DNA of 64,000 nt, taken from the NCBI GenBank assembly GCA_963666735.1, contig OY762926.1, forward strand, positions 768,001 through 832,000. The letters are read 5' to 3'. This document shows, piece by piece, positions 8,712 through 17,157 of this stretch (position 1 is its first letter; the number at the start of each line of letters is the position of its first letter). The translations under genes were made by a program, and so were the position numbers. Source of the stretch: Gemmatimonadota bacterium. Lineage in GTDB: Bacteria > Gemmatimonadota > Gemmatimonadetes > Palauibacterales > Palauibacteraceae. The notes beneath the pieces are model-generated. The model had not been told where the DNA came from and did not search any database. It worked only from the letters and a program-made list of their open reading frames with translations.

Positions 8712-10478
8712 TTAGTGGCTGCCGGCGGCCGGGCTCACGACATCCGGCCGTTCGTTCTGCGCCAGCCAGTCCTTGTCCTCCACATCCGGATGGCTGTACT
8801 CGTGCGGACCGTGGTAGACGACCGGGATCTCCTCCCAGTTGCCGTGCTGGGGCGGCGAGGGGGTCTGCCACTCCAGCGTCGTCGCGTTCCACGGGTTCGC
8901 CCCGGCCTTCCTGCCCTTCTTCAGGCTCCAGAAGAAGTTGAACGCGAACAGGAAGCCGGACGCGAAGAGGATGAACGCGGACCAGGAGATGAGCGCGTTC
9001 GTGTCCTCGATACCCTGCAGGTGGGCGTAGCCGGTGGAGTCGTAGATGCGCCGCATCATCCCCACCATCCCCACGCCGTGCATGGGGAAGAAGACCAGGT
9101 TGAAGAAGACGAAGGTGAGCCAGAAATGGATCTTGCCCATCGTCTCGTTCATCATCCGGCCGAACATCTTCGGGTACCAGAAGTAGATCGCTCCGAAGAG
9201 CGCGAACAGGCTTCCTCCGAAGAGCACATAGTGGATGTGCGCCACGATGAAGTACGTATCGTGGATGTAGATATCGACCGGCGTCGAGGCCATGAAGACC
9301 CCCGACAGGCCCCCGATCGCGAACATCGCCACGAACCCGATCGCGAACAGCATCGCGGTGTGCAACTGGAGGTTCCCGCGCCACATGGTGCCCATCCAGT
9401 TGAACGTCTTGATCGCCGAAGGCACGGCGATGAAGAGCGTCGACACCGTGAAGGTGAGCCCCAGCATCGGATTCATCCCGCTCTGGAACATGTGGTGGCC
9501 CCACACGATGAAGCCGAGGAAGGCGATCGAGACGAGCGCCAGCACCATCGCCTTGTACCCGAACACCGGCTTCCGCGAGCCCACGGAGAGGATCTCGGAC
9601 GTGAAGCCCATGGCCGGGAGGATGAGGATGTAGACCTCCGGATGGCCGAAGAACCAGAACAGGTGCTGCCACAGGAGCGGCTGTCCGCCCCCCTCGGGGA
9701 GGAAGAAGCTCGTTCCGATCGTCTGGTCGAAGATGAGCATGATCCCCGCGGCCGAGAGCACCGGCATGGCGAGGAGCGCGAGGATGGCCGTGATGAACAG
9801 CGACCAAATCGTGAGCGGCATGCGCATCCAGGTCATTCCGGGCGCGCGCATGTTGATCGTCGTCGTGATGTAGTTCACCGAGCCCAGGATCGAGGAAAGC
9901 CCGATGAAGACGAGCGCCGCCAGCCACATGATCTGGCCCAGTCCGACCCCGGTGAGGTCGGGACGCGCGCTGAGCGGCGCGTAGAGCGTCCAGCCCGCCC
10001 CCGCGGCGCCCCCAACGACGAAGAAACTGGCCAGCGTGAGGATGCCGGCGGGCACCATCGCCCAGAAGGAGAGCATGTTCAGCCGCGGGAACGCCATGTC
10101 GTGCGTCCCGAGCTGCAGCGGGATGAGGTAGTTCGCCCACACGCCCACGAGCATCGGCATGATGGCGAGGAACACCATCACCGAGCCGTGCATCGTGACG
10201 AGGGCATTGTAGAACTCCGGCAGGATGTACCCGCTTGCCACCATCGACTCCGGGAAGATCCCGCCCAGTGGCAACTCGCCCCGCGCCGGCCACGCGATCT
10301 GGTATCGCATGAGCATCGCGAGCAGTCCCCCGATCATCAGGAAGAAGAGCGTGTAGATCAGGAACTGGATCGCGATGACCTTGTGGTCGGTCGAGAAGAT
10401 GTACTTGCGCAGGAACGACTGCTCGTGTTCCTCGTGCAGGATCGCCTGCCCGGTCGCCTCCGCTACGATCGTCGCCAT
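8712..10478 (-). CDS. ctaD: Heme-copper oxidase subunit I, A1 type
   Basis: STDHK, TMHG, FFGHPEVY (A1 signature), WGHHMF, AHIHYV, MMRRIY. Confidence 0.97.
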   Translation of the reverse strand: MATIVAEATGQAILHEEHEQSFLRKYIFSTDHKVIAIQFLIYTLFFLMIGGLLAMLMRYQIAWPARGELPLGGIFPESMVASGYILPEFYNALVTMHGSVMVFLAIMPMLVGVWANYLIPLQLGTHDMAFPRLNMLSFWAMVPAGILTLASFFVVGGAAGAGWTLYAPLSARPDLTGVGLGQIMWLAALVFIGLSSILGSVNYITTTINMRAPGMTWMRMPLTIWSLFITAILALLAMPVLSAAGIMLIFDQTIGTSFFLPEGGGQPLLWQHLFWFFGHPEVYILILPAMGFTSEILSVGSRKPVFGYKAMVLALVSIAFLGFIVWGHHMFQSGMNPMLGLTFTVSTLFIAVPSAIKTFNWMGTMWRGNLQLHTAMLFAIGFVAMFAIGGLSGVFMASTPVDIYIHDTYFIVAHIHYVLFGGSLFALFGAIYFWYPKMFGRMMNETMGKIHFWLTFVFFNLVFFPMHGVGMVGMMRRIYDSTGYAHLQGIEDTNALISWSAFILFASGFLFAFNFFWSLKKGRKAGANPWNATTLEWQTPSPPQHGNWEEIPVVYHGPHEYSHPDVEDKDWLAQNERPDVVSPAAGSH

Positions 10479-10516
10479 ATCAGCCTTTCTCGATCACTGG
10501 TCGGTCACTGGGTCGA

Positions 10517-11188
10517 TCACTGGGCGGTCGCCGACGCCTGGCTGGCCTGCCAGGCGTCGAAGTCCGCCGCGCTGTGCACGGTTACGCTCGCCATCATGTA
10601 GTAGTGGCCCAGGCCACACAGCTCGGCGCACGCGATCTCGAAGTCCCCGGTCTGGGTCGCGTCGAACCACACCGGGATGGTCATGCCCGGAACCGCGTCC
10701 TGCTTCACGCGGAGTTCGGGGATGAAGAAGGAGTGAATCACGTCCTCGGACTCGAGCAGGATCGTGATGTCCTCGTTCACCGGGAAGTGGAACTGGTTGC
10801 GGACGGTGAAGTCGTCCCCCGTCCCCAGCGTCTCGTCGACTCCGGGATAGGTGATGTTCCATTCGAACTGCTTGCCCACGACGAGGAACTCGAGCGCGTC
10901 CTCCGGCCGGTTGGAGCTCCCCTTGATGTCGTCCCAGACCATGGCCGAATAGCCGCCGAGGATCGCGATGATGATGGCCGGGATCACCGTCCAGATGATC
11001 TCCAGCCGGTTCGAGCCGTGCGTGTAATGCGCCCTGGCTCCCTCGCGTGCCCGGTACTTGATGCAGAACCAGAGGATGCCGCCCTCCACGAGCAGGAAGG
11101 CGATGCCGGTAATGACGAGGATGATCCAGAACAACTGGTCGATCACGACGCCGAATGTCGAGTAGTTCGGGGGCAGCGCCCAATCCAC
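10517..11188 (-). CDS. ctaC: Cytochrome c oxidase subunit II (CuA, no fused cytochrome c)
   Basis: LEIIWT, DVIHSF, CAELCGLGHYYM CuA motif. Confidence 0.95.
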   Translation of the reverse strand: MDWALPPNYSTFGVVIDQLFWIILVITGIAFLLVEGGILWFCIKYRAREGARAHYTHGSNRLEIIWTVIPAIIIAILGGYSAMVWDDIKGSSNRPEDALEFLVVGKQFEWNITYPGVDETLGTGDDFTVRNQFHFPVNEDITILLESEDVIHSFFIPELRVKQDAVPGMTIPVWFDATQTGDFEIACAELCGLGHYYMMASVTVHSAADFDAWQASQASATAQ

Positions 11189-11278
11189 GAGCTATCTCCT
11201 TCCAGGTGACCCTTCGGATGAATGGGAACGCGAGCGGAACCGGGCGGCCGTTCCGGCCACCGGGCCCCGCCCCTGGAA

Positions 11279-12136
11279 TTACTGTGTGCGCTCCACCCGG
11301 ATGCGGTTCGTTCCGTGCTCGATGACGAGGGCGTCGGCCATGGGGACGTCGGCGCCCATCATCTCGCCGTTGTAGTCGAACGAGGCCTCGGCCATGCCGC
11401 CCGCCGTGACGGTCACGCTCGCCGTCATCGTGCCGAACTCCTCGTGCCACGCCGTCATCGTGTAGTCGCCGGCCGGGACGTTGGCGATCGAGTAGCTTCC
11501 GTCGGCGCCCGTCACCGCGAAGTACGGGTGATCGACGACGCCGATGTACGCCTGCATCCAGCCGTGCACGTCGCAGCGTACCGGCACCATGACTTCCGCC
11601 ACCTGGAAACGCTGCGTGCTCGTGATCCCCGCCCGGGGCTGGCTGATGTTGAAGCCGCGGTTCTCGGTCGGGGTGGCGTTGATGTTGTGGAGCAGGTTGT
11701 CGCTGTTCGAGATCTCGATGTCCTGCCCGCTCTGCACGCCCAGCACGTGCGGCGTGTAGCGGCAGTTCTCCTGGTCGAGTTCGGCGGCGCCCGACGCGGC
11801 CGGAGCGCCGGAGACGCCCTCGCTCAGGTAGACGAACACGTTGGCGAGGCCGCCGCCGGACACGAGGACGTTCTGGGCCATGGGCCCGTCCGCGCCATAG
11901 CCGGCGGCGCAATCCGCCTCCGCGGACATGTCGATGGCCTCCATCGCCGGGACCATTCCGCCGAAGTTGGCCGTGCCCGAGATCGTACCCACCGTGGACG
12001 GATCCACCGCGGCGGCGGCCGGCGCCGCTTCGCCCGCGTCGTCCGCCGCGCCTTCGGACGATCCGCCGCCGCCACAAGCGGCCATCGCTGCGACGGCCAG
12101 CAGGGCGGCCGAGCGGTTCCAGAAATGCGATCGCAT
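11279..12136 (-). CDS. Lipoprotein with cupredoxin-like and carboxypeptidase-regulatory-like domains
   Basis: Lipobox AMAAC, DQENCRYTPHV, LLHNI...CDVHGWM, C-terminal GADGSYSIANVPAGDY. Confidence 0.75.
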   Translation of the reverse strand: MRSHFWNRSAALLAVAAMAACGGGGSSEGAADDAGEAAPAAAAVDPSTVGTISGTANFGGMVPAMEAIDMSAEADCAAGYGADGPMAQNVLVSGGGLANVFVYLSEGVSGAPAASGAAELDQENCRYTPHVLGVQSGQDIEISNSDNLLHNINATPTENRGFNISQPRAGITSTQRFQVAEVMVPVRCDVHGWMQAYIGVVDHPYFAVTGADGSYSIANVPAGDYTMTAWHEEFGTMTASVTVTAGGMAEASFDYNGEMMGADVPMADALVIEHGTNRIRVERTQ

Positions 12137-12212
12137 TGACTTACCTCCGTACGAGAAGCTGTTGCGCTATCGGCTGTTGAGAGCCCTTCCCCACCTCTTC
12201 GTCATCGCTTCG

Positions 12213-13772
12213 TCAATCCCTCCGACGGTCCTGGGCCCGGCGCACGAGAACGAGACCGAAGGCCCCCGTCAAGAGCATGGCCAGCAGGGGCGTCACGACG
12301 ACCGTGCTGGATGCCGGAGGTTCGAGGAGAATGTAGTACCACGTGCTCACGGAACTGCGCTTCCCGACCTCGGCGCTGGATCCGTCCCAGGCCTGGAAGG
12401 CGATGGGCGTCGGAGTGCCCTCGGCGAAGTCGAGGCCGTCGCTTTCGACCTCGATCGGACGGCGGACATAAAGCGTCCAGCGTCCCTCCTCCCACCTCGC
12501 TTCCCCGGTGACCGGGTCCTCCGTGAGCGGTTCGACCGAGCCCAGGCCCCGGCCGCGCGCGGCGCCGACACCCGCCTCCGAATCCCACGTCCAGAGATAG
12601 ACCGGCTCGCGGGTGTCCCCCATGAGGAAATACGGCCGGTCGGTGCCCTCCGGCATTTCGAAGGGGAACTGGAGGAGCACCGCGTCGGGGGGTCTCACGG
12701 CCGGCGCGCCGGCGCTGTCGAGGGCGATGGGGTCCGCGCCGTCGAGGTCGAGCGCGGCCGTGATCTTCTCCTGCCACTCGTCCCAATTCGGGTCCGGACT
12801 CATCGATGGGTCGTTCCACCGTACGCGCAGCGCGACATCGGTTCCGTCGTGAAGCCCCTGAACCCAGAGCCCGTCGACCGTCGGCGCGAAATTGCGCGGC
12901 GTCTGGACGATCTGCCCCGACATCGGGAAGTAGAATGCCTCGACGCCCGCCCAGGCCTCCTCGCCGCCATCGGCAGGGAGTCCGCTCTCGGCGCGCCCCA
13001 CGCGGACCACGTCCCGCAGCGGCGGCATCTCGCGCGGTCCGAACGAGGCAAGGTAGTGCGCCAGTTGCCACACCTCGTCCGGAGAGACGACGCCCGAGTT
13101 CATGGCGTCGATCGCCGACGGCATCGGAGTTCCGTCCAGCCCGGTCAGCATCCTCGTATGCATGTCCTCGACGCTGCTGCCGCCGTTCAGAACCCACGCT
13201 TCCGTGAGGTCCGCCGCGCGAATGGGCAGCCCCCGCCAGTCCTCGAGCGTCGGGGCCGAGGTACCGTCGCCCCGGCCGGAAAGGCCGTGGCACTCCTCGC
13301 ACAACATCGTGAGATAGGCCGCCGCCCCCGCCTCGATCGCCGCGGCGCCCCCGCCCGGATCGGATCCGAAATCCAGCGGCTCGGGCGCCGGGCCCTGGCC
13401 GAAGAACCTCGAGAAGCTCTTCAGGTAGACGATGACGTCGTCGATCTCCCGGTCCGTGAGATTGGGCCAGCCCGGCATCGTCGTGCCGGGGAGCCCGTTC
13501 TCGATCGCGAACCGGATGTCCGCGTCCGTCGGGAGCTGTCCGCTCCCGGTGGTGCGGACCTGGTAGAGCGCCTGCGTGAAATCGCGCGGCCGCGGCAGCA
13601 TCGAAGCGGCGGCCGAGCCATCCCCCTGCCCGGTCTCGCCGTGACATTCCGCGCACCAGCGGTCGTACACGACCTTGCCGGCGGCGGCCGCATCTTCCTG
13701 CCCCGCCAGCGCCGGCGAAGTGCCCGCGAACAGGGCGAGCAGCACGATTGCCGTCCGGCGCGTCGCCCTCAT
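12213..13772 (-). CDS. Diheme cytochrome c fused to an ethylbenzene-dehydrogenase-gamma (DOMON-like) domain, with C-terminal TM anchor
   Basis: Signal peptide MRATRRT..., CAECH and CEECH, RWNDPS...PDAVLLQFP...FLMGD...AFQAWDG. ATG overlaps the upstream stop. Confidence 0.85.
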   Translation of the reverse strand: MRATRRTAIVLLALFAGTSPALAGQEDAAAAGKVVYDRWCAECHGETGQGDGSAAASMLPRPRDFTQALYQVRTTGSGQLPTDADIRFAIENGLPGTTMPGWPNLTDREIDDVIVYLKSFSRFFGQGPAPEPLDFGSDPGGGAAAIEAGAAAYLTMLCEECHGLSGRGDGTSAPTLEDWRGLPIRAADLTEAWVLNGGSSVEDMHTRMLTGLDGTPMPSAIDAMNSGVVSPDEVWQLAHYLASFGPREMPPLRDVVRVGRAESGLPADGGEEAWAGVEAFYFPMSGQIVQTPRNFAPTVDGLWVQGLHDGTDVALRVRWNDPSMSPDPNWDEWQEKITAALDLDGADPIALDSAGAPAVRPPDAVLLQFPFEMPEGTDRPYFLMGDTREPVYLWTWDSEAGVGAARGRGLGSVEPLTEDPVTGEARWEEGRWTLYVRRPIEVESDGLDFAEGTPTPIAFQAWDGSSAEVGKRSSVSTWYYILLEPPASSTVVVTPLLAMLLTGAFGLVLVRRAQDRRRD

Positions 13773-14566
13773 TCGTGCCCCCCTTCCCCTTCTTCTTCCC
13801 AAGTGCGCGGCGTGAACCCCGTCTGGTCGTAGAGATAGAGGATCACCGCCCAGATCTCGTCCTGCTCGAGGATCGACTCCCAGGCCGGCATGGCCGAATC
13901 CCACGGCGTCCCCTCGCGCGGGAGGCCGGGACCGCCCTTGACGATGCGCCAGAACACGTAGCTCTCCGTGAGCTGCGGCAGGTTGCCCGAACTCGTGAAA
14001 TCGGCGGGAACCGGGTTGAAGGCCTGCGCGTAGTGGCCCTGGCCGTCGAGCAGGTCGCCGTGGCAGGGCACGCAGTTGCGGACGTAGACCCGCTTCCCGG
14101 CCGCCATGTGCTCCTCCATGGAGCCTTCCTCGCGCAGCGGGTTCTCGAGCCCCGTCAATTCGATCGACTCGCCGCGGAAGGTGAGCTGGTTCGGCGGCGC
14201 GGGGTGTACGGCGCGCAACGTGGCCGGCGCGGCGTAGCTCGGCTTCACCCGTTCGTAGGCGAGCCAGCCGATGAGAACCGGGATCGCCACCATCAGAATC
14301 CCGCGCAGCGTCCGCCGGCCGGGCTGCACCATCGTGGCCTGGATGGGTTCGCGGAAGCGCTGCCAGCGTTCTTCGTCCGCGCTCATGTAGAGGAGGATGC
14401 CGACGAGGACGATGAGCATGTACTCCACGATGACGGAACTCGGGACCGGCGCGCTCGCCACGCCGACCACCGGAAGCACGTATCCGATCACGTACTCGAA
14501 CGCGACATATGACGCGACGACCACGATCGCACCCTGCCAGAACGGGTGGGACAGGTAACGTCTCAT
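13769..14566 (-). CDS. Membrane-anchored monoheme cytochrome c
   Basis: 3 N-terminal TM segments, CVPCH, distal SAMPAW. Confidence 0.88.
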   Translation of the reverse strand: MRRYLSHPFWQGAIVVVASYVAFEYVIGYVLPVVGVASAPVPSSVIVEYMLIVLVGILLYMSADEERWQRFREPIQATMVQPGRRTLRGILMVAIPVLIGWLAYERVKPSYAAPATLRAVHPAPPNQLTFRGESIELTGLENPLREEGSMEEHMAAGKRVYVRNCVPCHGDLLDGQGHYAQAFNPVPADFTSSGNLPQLTESYVFWRIVKGGPGLPREGTPWDSAMPAWESILEQDEIWAVILYLYDQTGFTPRTWEEEGEGGHE

Positions 14567-15399
14567 CGGCCACCTCCCGCGCTGTCGGCCGGCGATTCCG
14601 CCGGATCGCCCGGAGCCTCCGCGCCGGATCCCGCGCCTCCGACGAAGAAGTTCACGAGGACATCCAGTTCCACCGGAGACATGAGATCCCCGAAGATCGT
14701 CGGCATCGTGCCGGCGAAGGCGGAGTACTCCTCGTTGATCGTCGCCATCGGATTCACGATCCCTTCGAGGACGACGGCGGGATCCTGTCCCCGCAACTCC
14801 TCGAAGGGCGGGGCGACCATGCCGCCCTCCCCGCCGAGCTGGTGGCAGGCGAGACAGCCCTGCGCCGTGATCAGGGCGACCGCGTCGACCTGGCTCGGGT
14901 CGGTGACGGCGGCGGGTGGCGGAGCGGACTCGGCCGCATCATCGGCGGCCAGCGCCGCGGCGAAGTCATCCGCGTTCACGGTGATCTCGCCACCCTGCGA
15001 CTCCAGGAAGGCGACGAGCGTCCACAGCTCGGCCTGCGACGAAGTGATGCTCTGATCGATCATGATGGGCTCGAAGCCCTCCACGATGTAGGCCGTCGGG
15101 CTGGTGAGAGACTCCCACAGGTAGTCCTTGCAGCTCTGCCCGGGTACGCGCGTGGCGCACACGCTGCCCGCCACCCCGACGAGATCCGGGGCGCGAGTGC
15201 CGAGGCCATGGCACGCCGTGCAGCCGCCCGCCCCCGCGTAGATCTCCTCGCCGATCGCCGCGAGCTCCTCGGGCGGCATGTCCGCGCTGAGCACGACCTC
15301 CCTGGGCACTGCCGACTGTACCTGCGGGATCACGTTCGCCACGAAGGTGAACACCGCCAGCGTCGCCACGACCGTGAACAGGATCTTCAGGTTCGTCAT
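14563..15399 (-). CDS. Membrane-anchored diheme cytochrome c
   Basis: N-terminal TM segment, CTACH and CLACH. Confidence 0.88.
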   Translation of the reverse strand: MTNLKILFTVVATLAVFTFVANVIPQVQSAVPREVVLSADMPPEELAAIGEEIYAGAGGCTACHGLGTRAPDLVGVAGSVCATRVPGQSCKDYLWESLTSPTAYIVEGFEPIMIDQSITSSQAELWTLVAFLESQGGEITVNADDFAAALAADDAAESAPPPAAVTDPSQVDAVALITAQGCLACHQLGGEGGMVAPPFEELRGQDPAVVLEGIVNPMATINEEYSAFAGTMPTIFGDLMSPVELDVLVNFFVGGAGSGAEAPGDPAESPADSAGGGR

Positions 15400-17157
15400 C
15401 TATTTCTCGCCTCCCGCCTCGGTTTCCTGATAGACGGAACGTTCGGCCAGGCCGCCGAGCCAGAAGATGAACCCGACGAGCGCGAAGAAGATGAGCACGC
15501 AGATGCTGATGATCGTCGCCGCCGGACCCAGCGCCGGGGTGAAGGCTTGCTCGCTCGTGTCGCGGATCACTTCGTAGACGTGCCAGTGCTGCCGGATCCC
15601 GCTGCGGGCGAAGCCCATCAGCCCCATGAGCCACGTAAACGTGACGGCGAGGATGAGGAGCGCGTACTGCGACCGATCCGGCATCTTCCCCCACCGGATC
15701 TCGCCCCGCGACTTGGCGCCCCGCAGCATCACCATGTCGATCCCGATGACGAACAGGATCGTCGCCAGGACCGCGAGCACCTGGTAGACGGAGAAGCCGA
15801 TCCGCACGATCGCCGTCACGAAGTAGCCGTACACCCCGTAAAAGACGACGACGACGGCGGAGAGCGCGAAGGCCGCCCCCTGCAGCATCGTCCCCGCCCG
15901 GACCCACGGTACCACGGGATCCTTGTTCGCCCTCCGGTACATGAGGAAGGAGAGGAACGTCGTCAGGATCATCAGGTTGACGGCGGTATTCTTCGCGCTC
16001 ATCACGCCGAGCACCTGCAGGAAGGGGTGCCGGATTCCTCCCATGGCCGCGATCTCGTCGCGGTCGGCGATCATCGTGTTGGGCGTGGCCCACACGATGA
16101 CTCCCAGGACCAGCACGAGCAGCATCCACTTGATGTAGGGCTGAAATCGTTCGGCTCCGGGGATCCGTCCCATCCCGATCCACAGGTAGTAGTTGCCCGC
16201 GAGGAAGAGGATGCCGATGAGGAAGGCCTGGATGATCCAGAGCCAGCTCATGAAACCGCCCATCATCGTGATGCCCATCTGCTGGCTGAACTCGTAGATC
16301 TCGCGGCCGAGCCAGTAGCCGGCGAAGGGGAGGACGATGAGGGCGCCGATCGCGATCAGGTTGCCGGTATAGCCCATCCAGTCGTAATGGGCGCGTTCCT
16401 CGTCGGTCTTGCTCGTGAGGAAGCGGTACGCGGCGTAGGCGCCGACCACCGCGCCGCCGAACACCACGTTCGCGAGCAGCCGGTGGATGTTGATCGGCAT
16501 CCAGGTCGCGTTGTTGATCGCGCTCCACAGCTGAACGGTCTGGGGCGCCGTGTCCGCCGTGAGTCCCTCGGGCGGGCTCATCATGTAGGTGAGCCACCCG
16601 TTCGCGATGAACATGACGATCGTGCCCCAGATGTTGAGCATGATCCCCAGGCACCAGTGGGCCTTCTTCGCGGCGCCCTTCTTCCACGCGTCCCACCCGT
16701 AGTAGTAGAGGTAGAGCGTGAACGACTCGAGGAAGAAGAGGCCCGCGTACACCCACATCGACGGGGCGAAGATCGCCGTCAGGTACGCCCAGAAACGCGG
16801 GTAGAGGGTCGAGAGGAAGAAGACGAGGATCGCACCCCAGATCGCGGTCGCGCTGTACGCCACGAGCAGGAGGCGGGTAAATTCCTTCGCGAGCTTGTCG
16901 TACTTCTCGTCCCCCCCGAACATCCCGATCGCCTCGATGACGACGGCGAACATGGGCACGCCGAGTACGAAGGCCGCGAACAGCAGGTGGAGCTGGGCCG
17001 CGATCCAGACCGCGCCGCGGCGGTCGAGCCCGAGGAAGTTGAACTCACCGTAGTCGGGCCCCGGAGCCTGCGCGAGGAGCGGCAGCGCGACCGCCAGCGC
17101 GAGAGCGGCCAGCAGTACGCCGCGGGCCACGACACCACGGGTCATCCAGCGCTTCAT
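15400..17157 (-). CDS. Divergent cytochrome bd subunit I (CydA)-like protein
   Basis: QLHLLFAAFVLG, FFLESFT, ANGWLTYMMSP, NIHRLLA, MGFARSGIRQHWHVY (vs canonical GRQPW). No Q-loop. ATG 17157 overlaps the upstream stop. Confidence 0.85.
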   Translation of the reverse strand: MKRWMTRGVVARGVLLAALALAVALPLLAQAPGPDYGEFNFLGLDRRGAVWIAAQLHLLFAAFVLGVPMFAVVIEAIGMFGGDEKYDKLAKEFTRLLLVAYSATAIWGAILVFFLSTLYPRFWAYLTAIFAPSMWVYAGLFFLESFTLYLYYYGWDAWKKGAAKKAHWCLGIMLNIWGTIVMFIANGWLTYMMSPPEGLTADTAPQTVQLWSAINNATWMPINIHRLLANVVFGGAVVGAYAAYRFLTSKTDEERAHYDWMGYTGNLIAIGALIVLPFAGYWLGREIYEFSQQMGITMMGGFMSWLWIIQAFLIGILFLAGNYYLWIGMGRIPGAERFQPYIKWMLLVLVLGVIVWATPNTMIADRDEIAAMGGIRHPFLQVLGVMSAKNTAVNLMILTTFLSFLMYRRANKDPVVPWVRAGTMLQGAAFALSAVVVVFYGVYGYFVTAIVRIGFSVYQVLAVLATILFVIGIDMVMLRGAKSRGEIRWGKMPDRSQYALLILAVTFTWLMGLMGFARSGIRQHWHVYEVIRDTSEQAFTPALGPAATIISICVLIFFALVGFIFWLGGLAERSVYQETEAGGEK

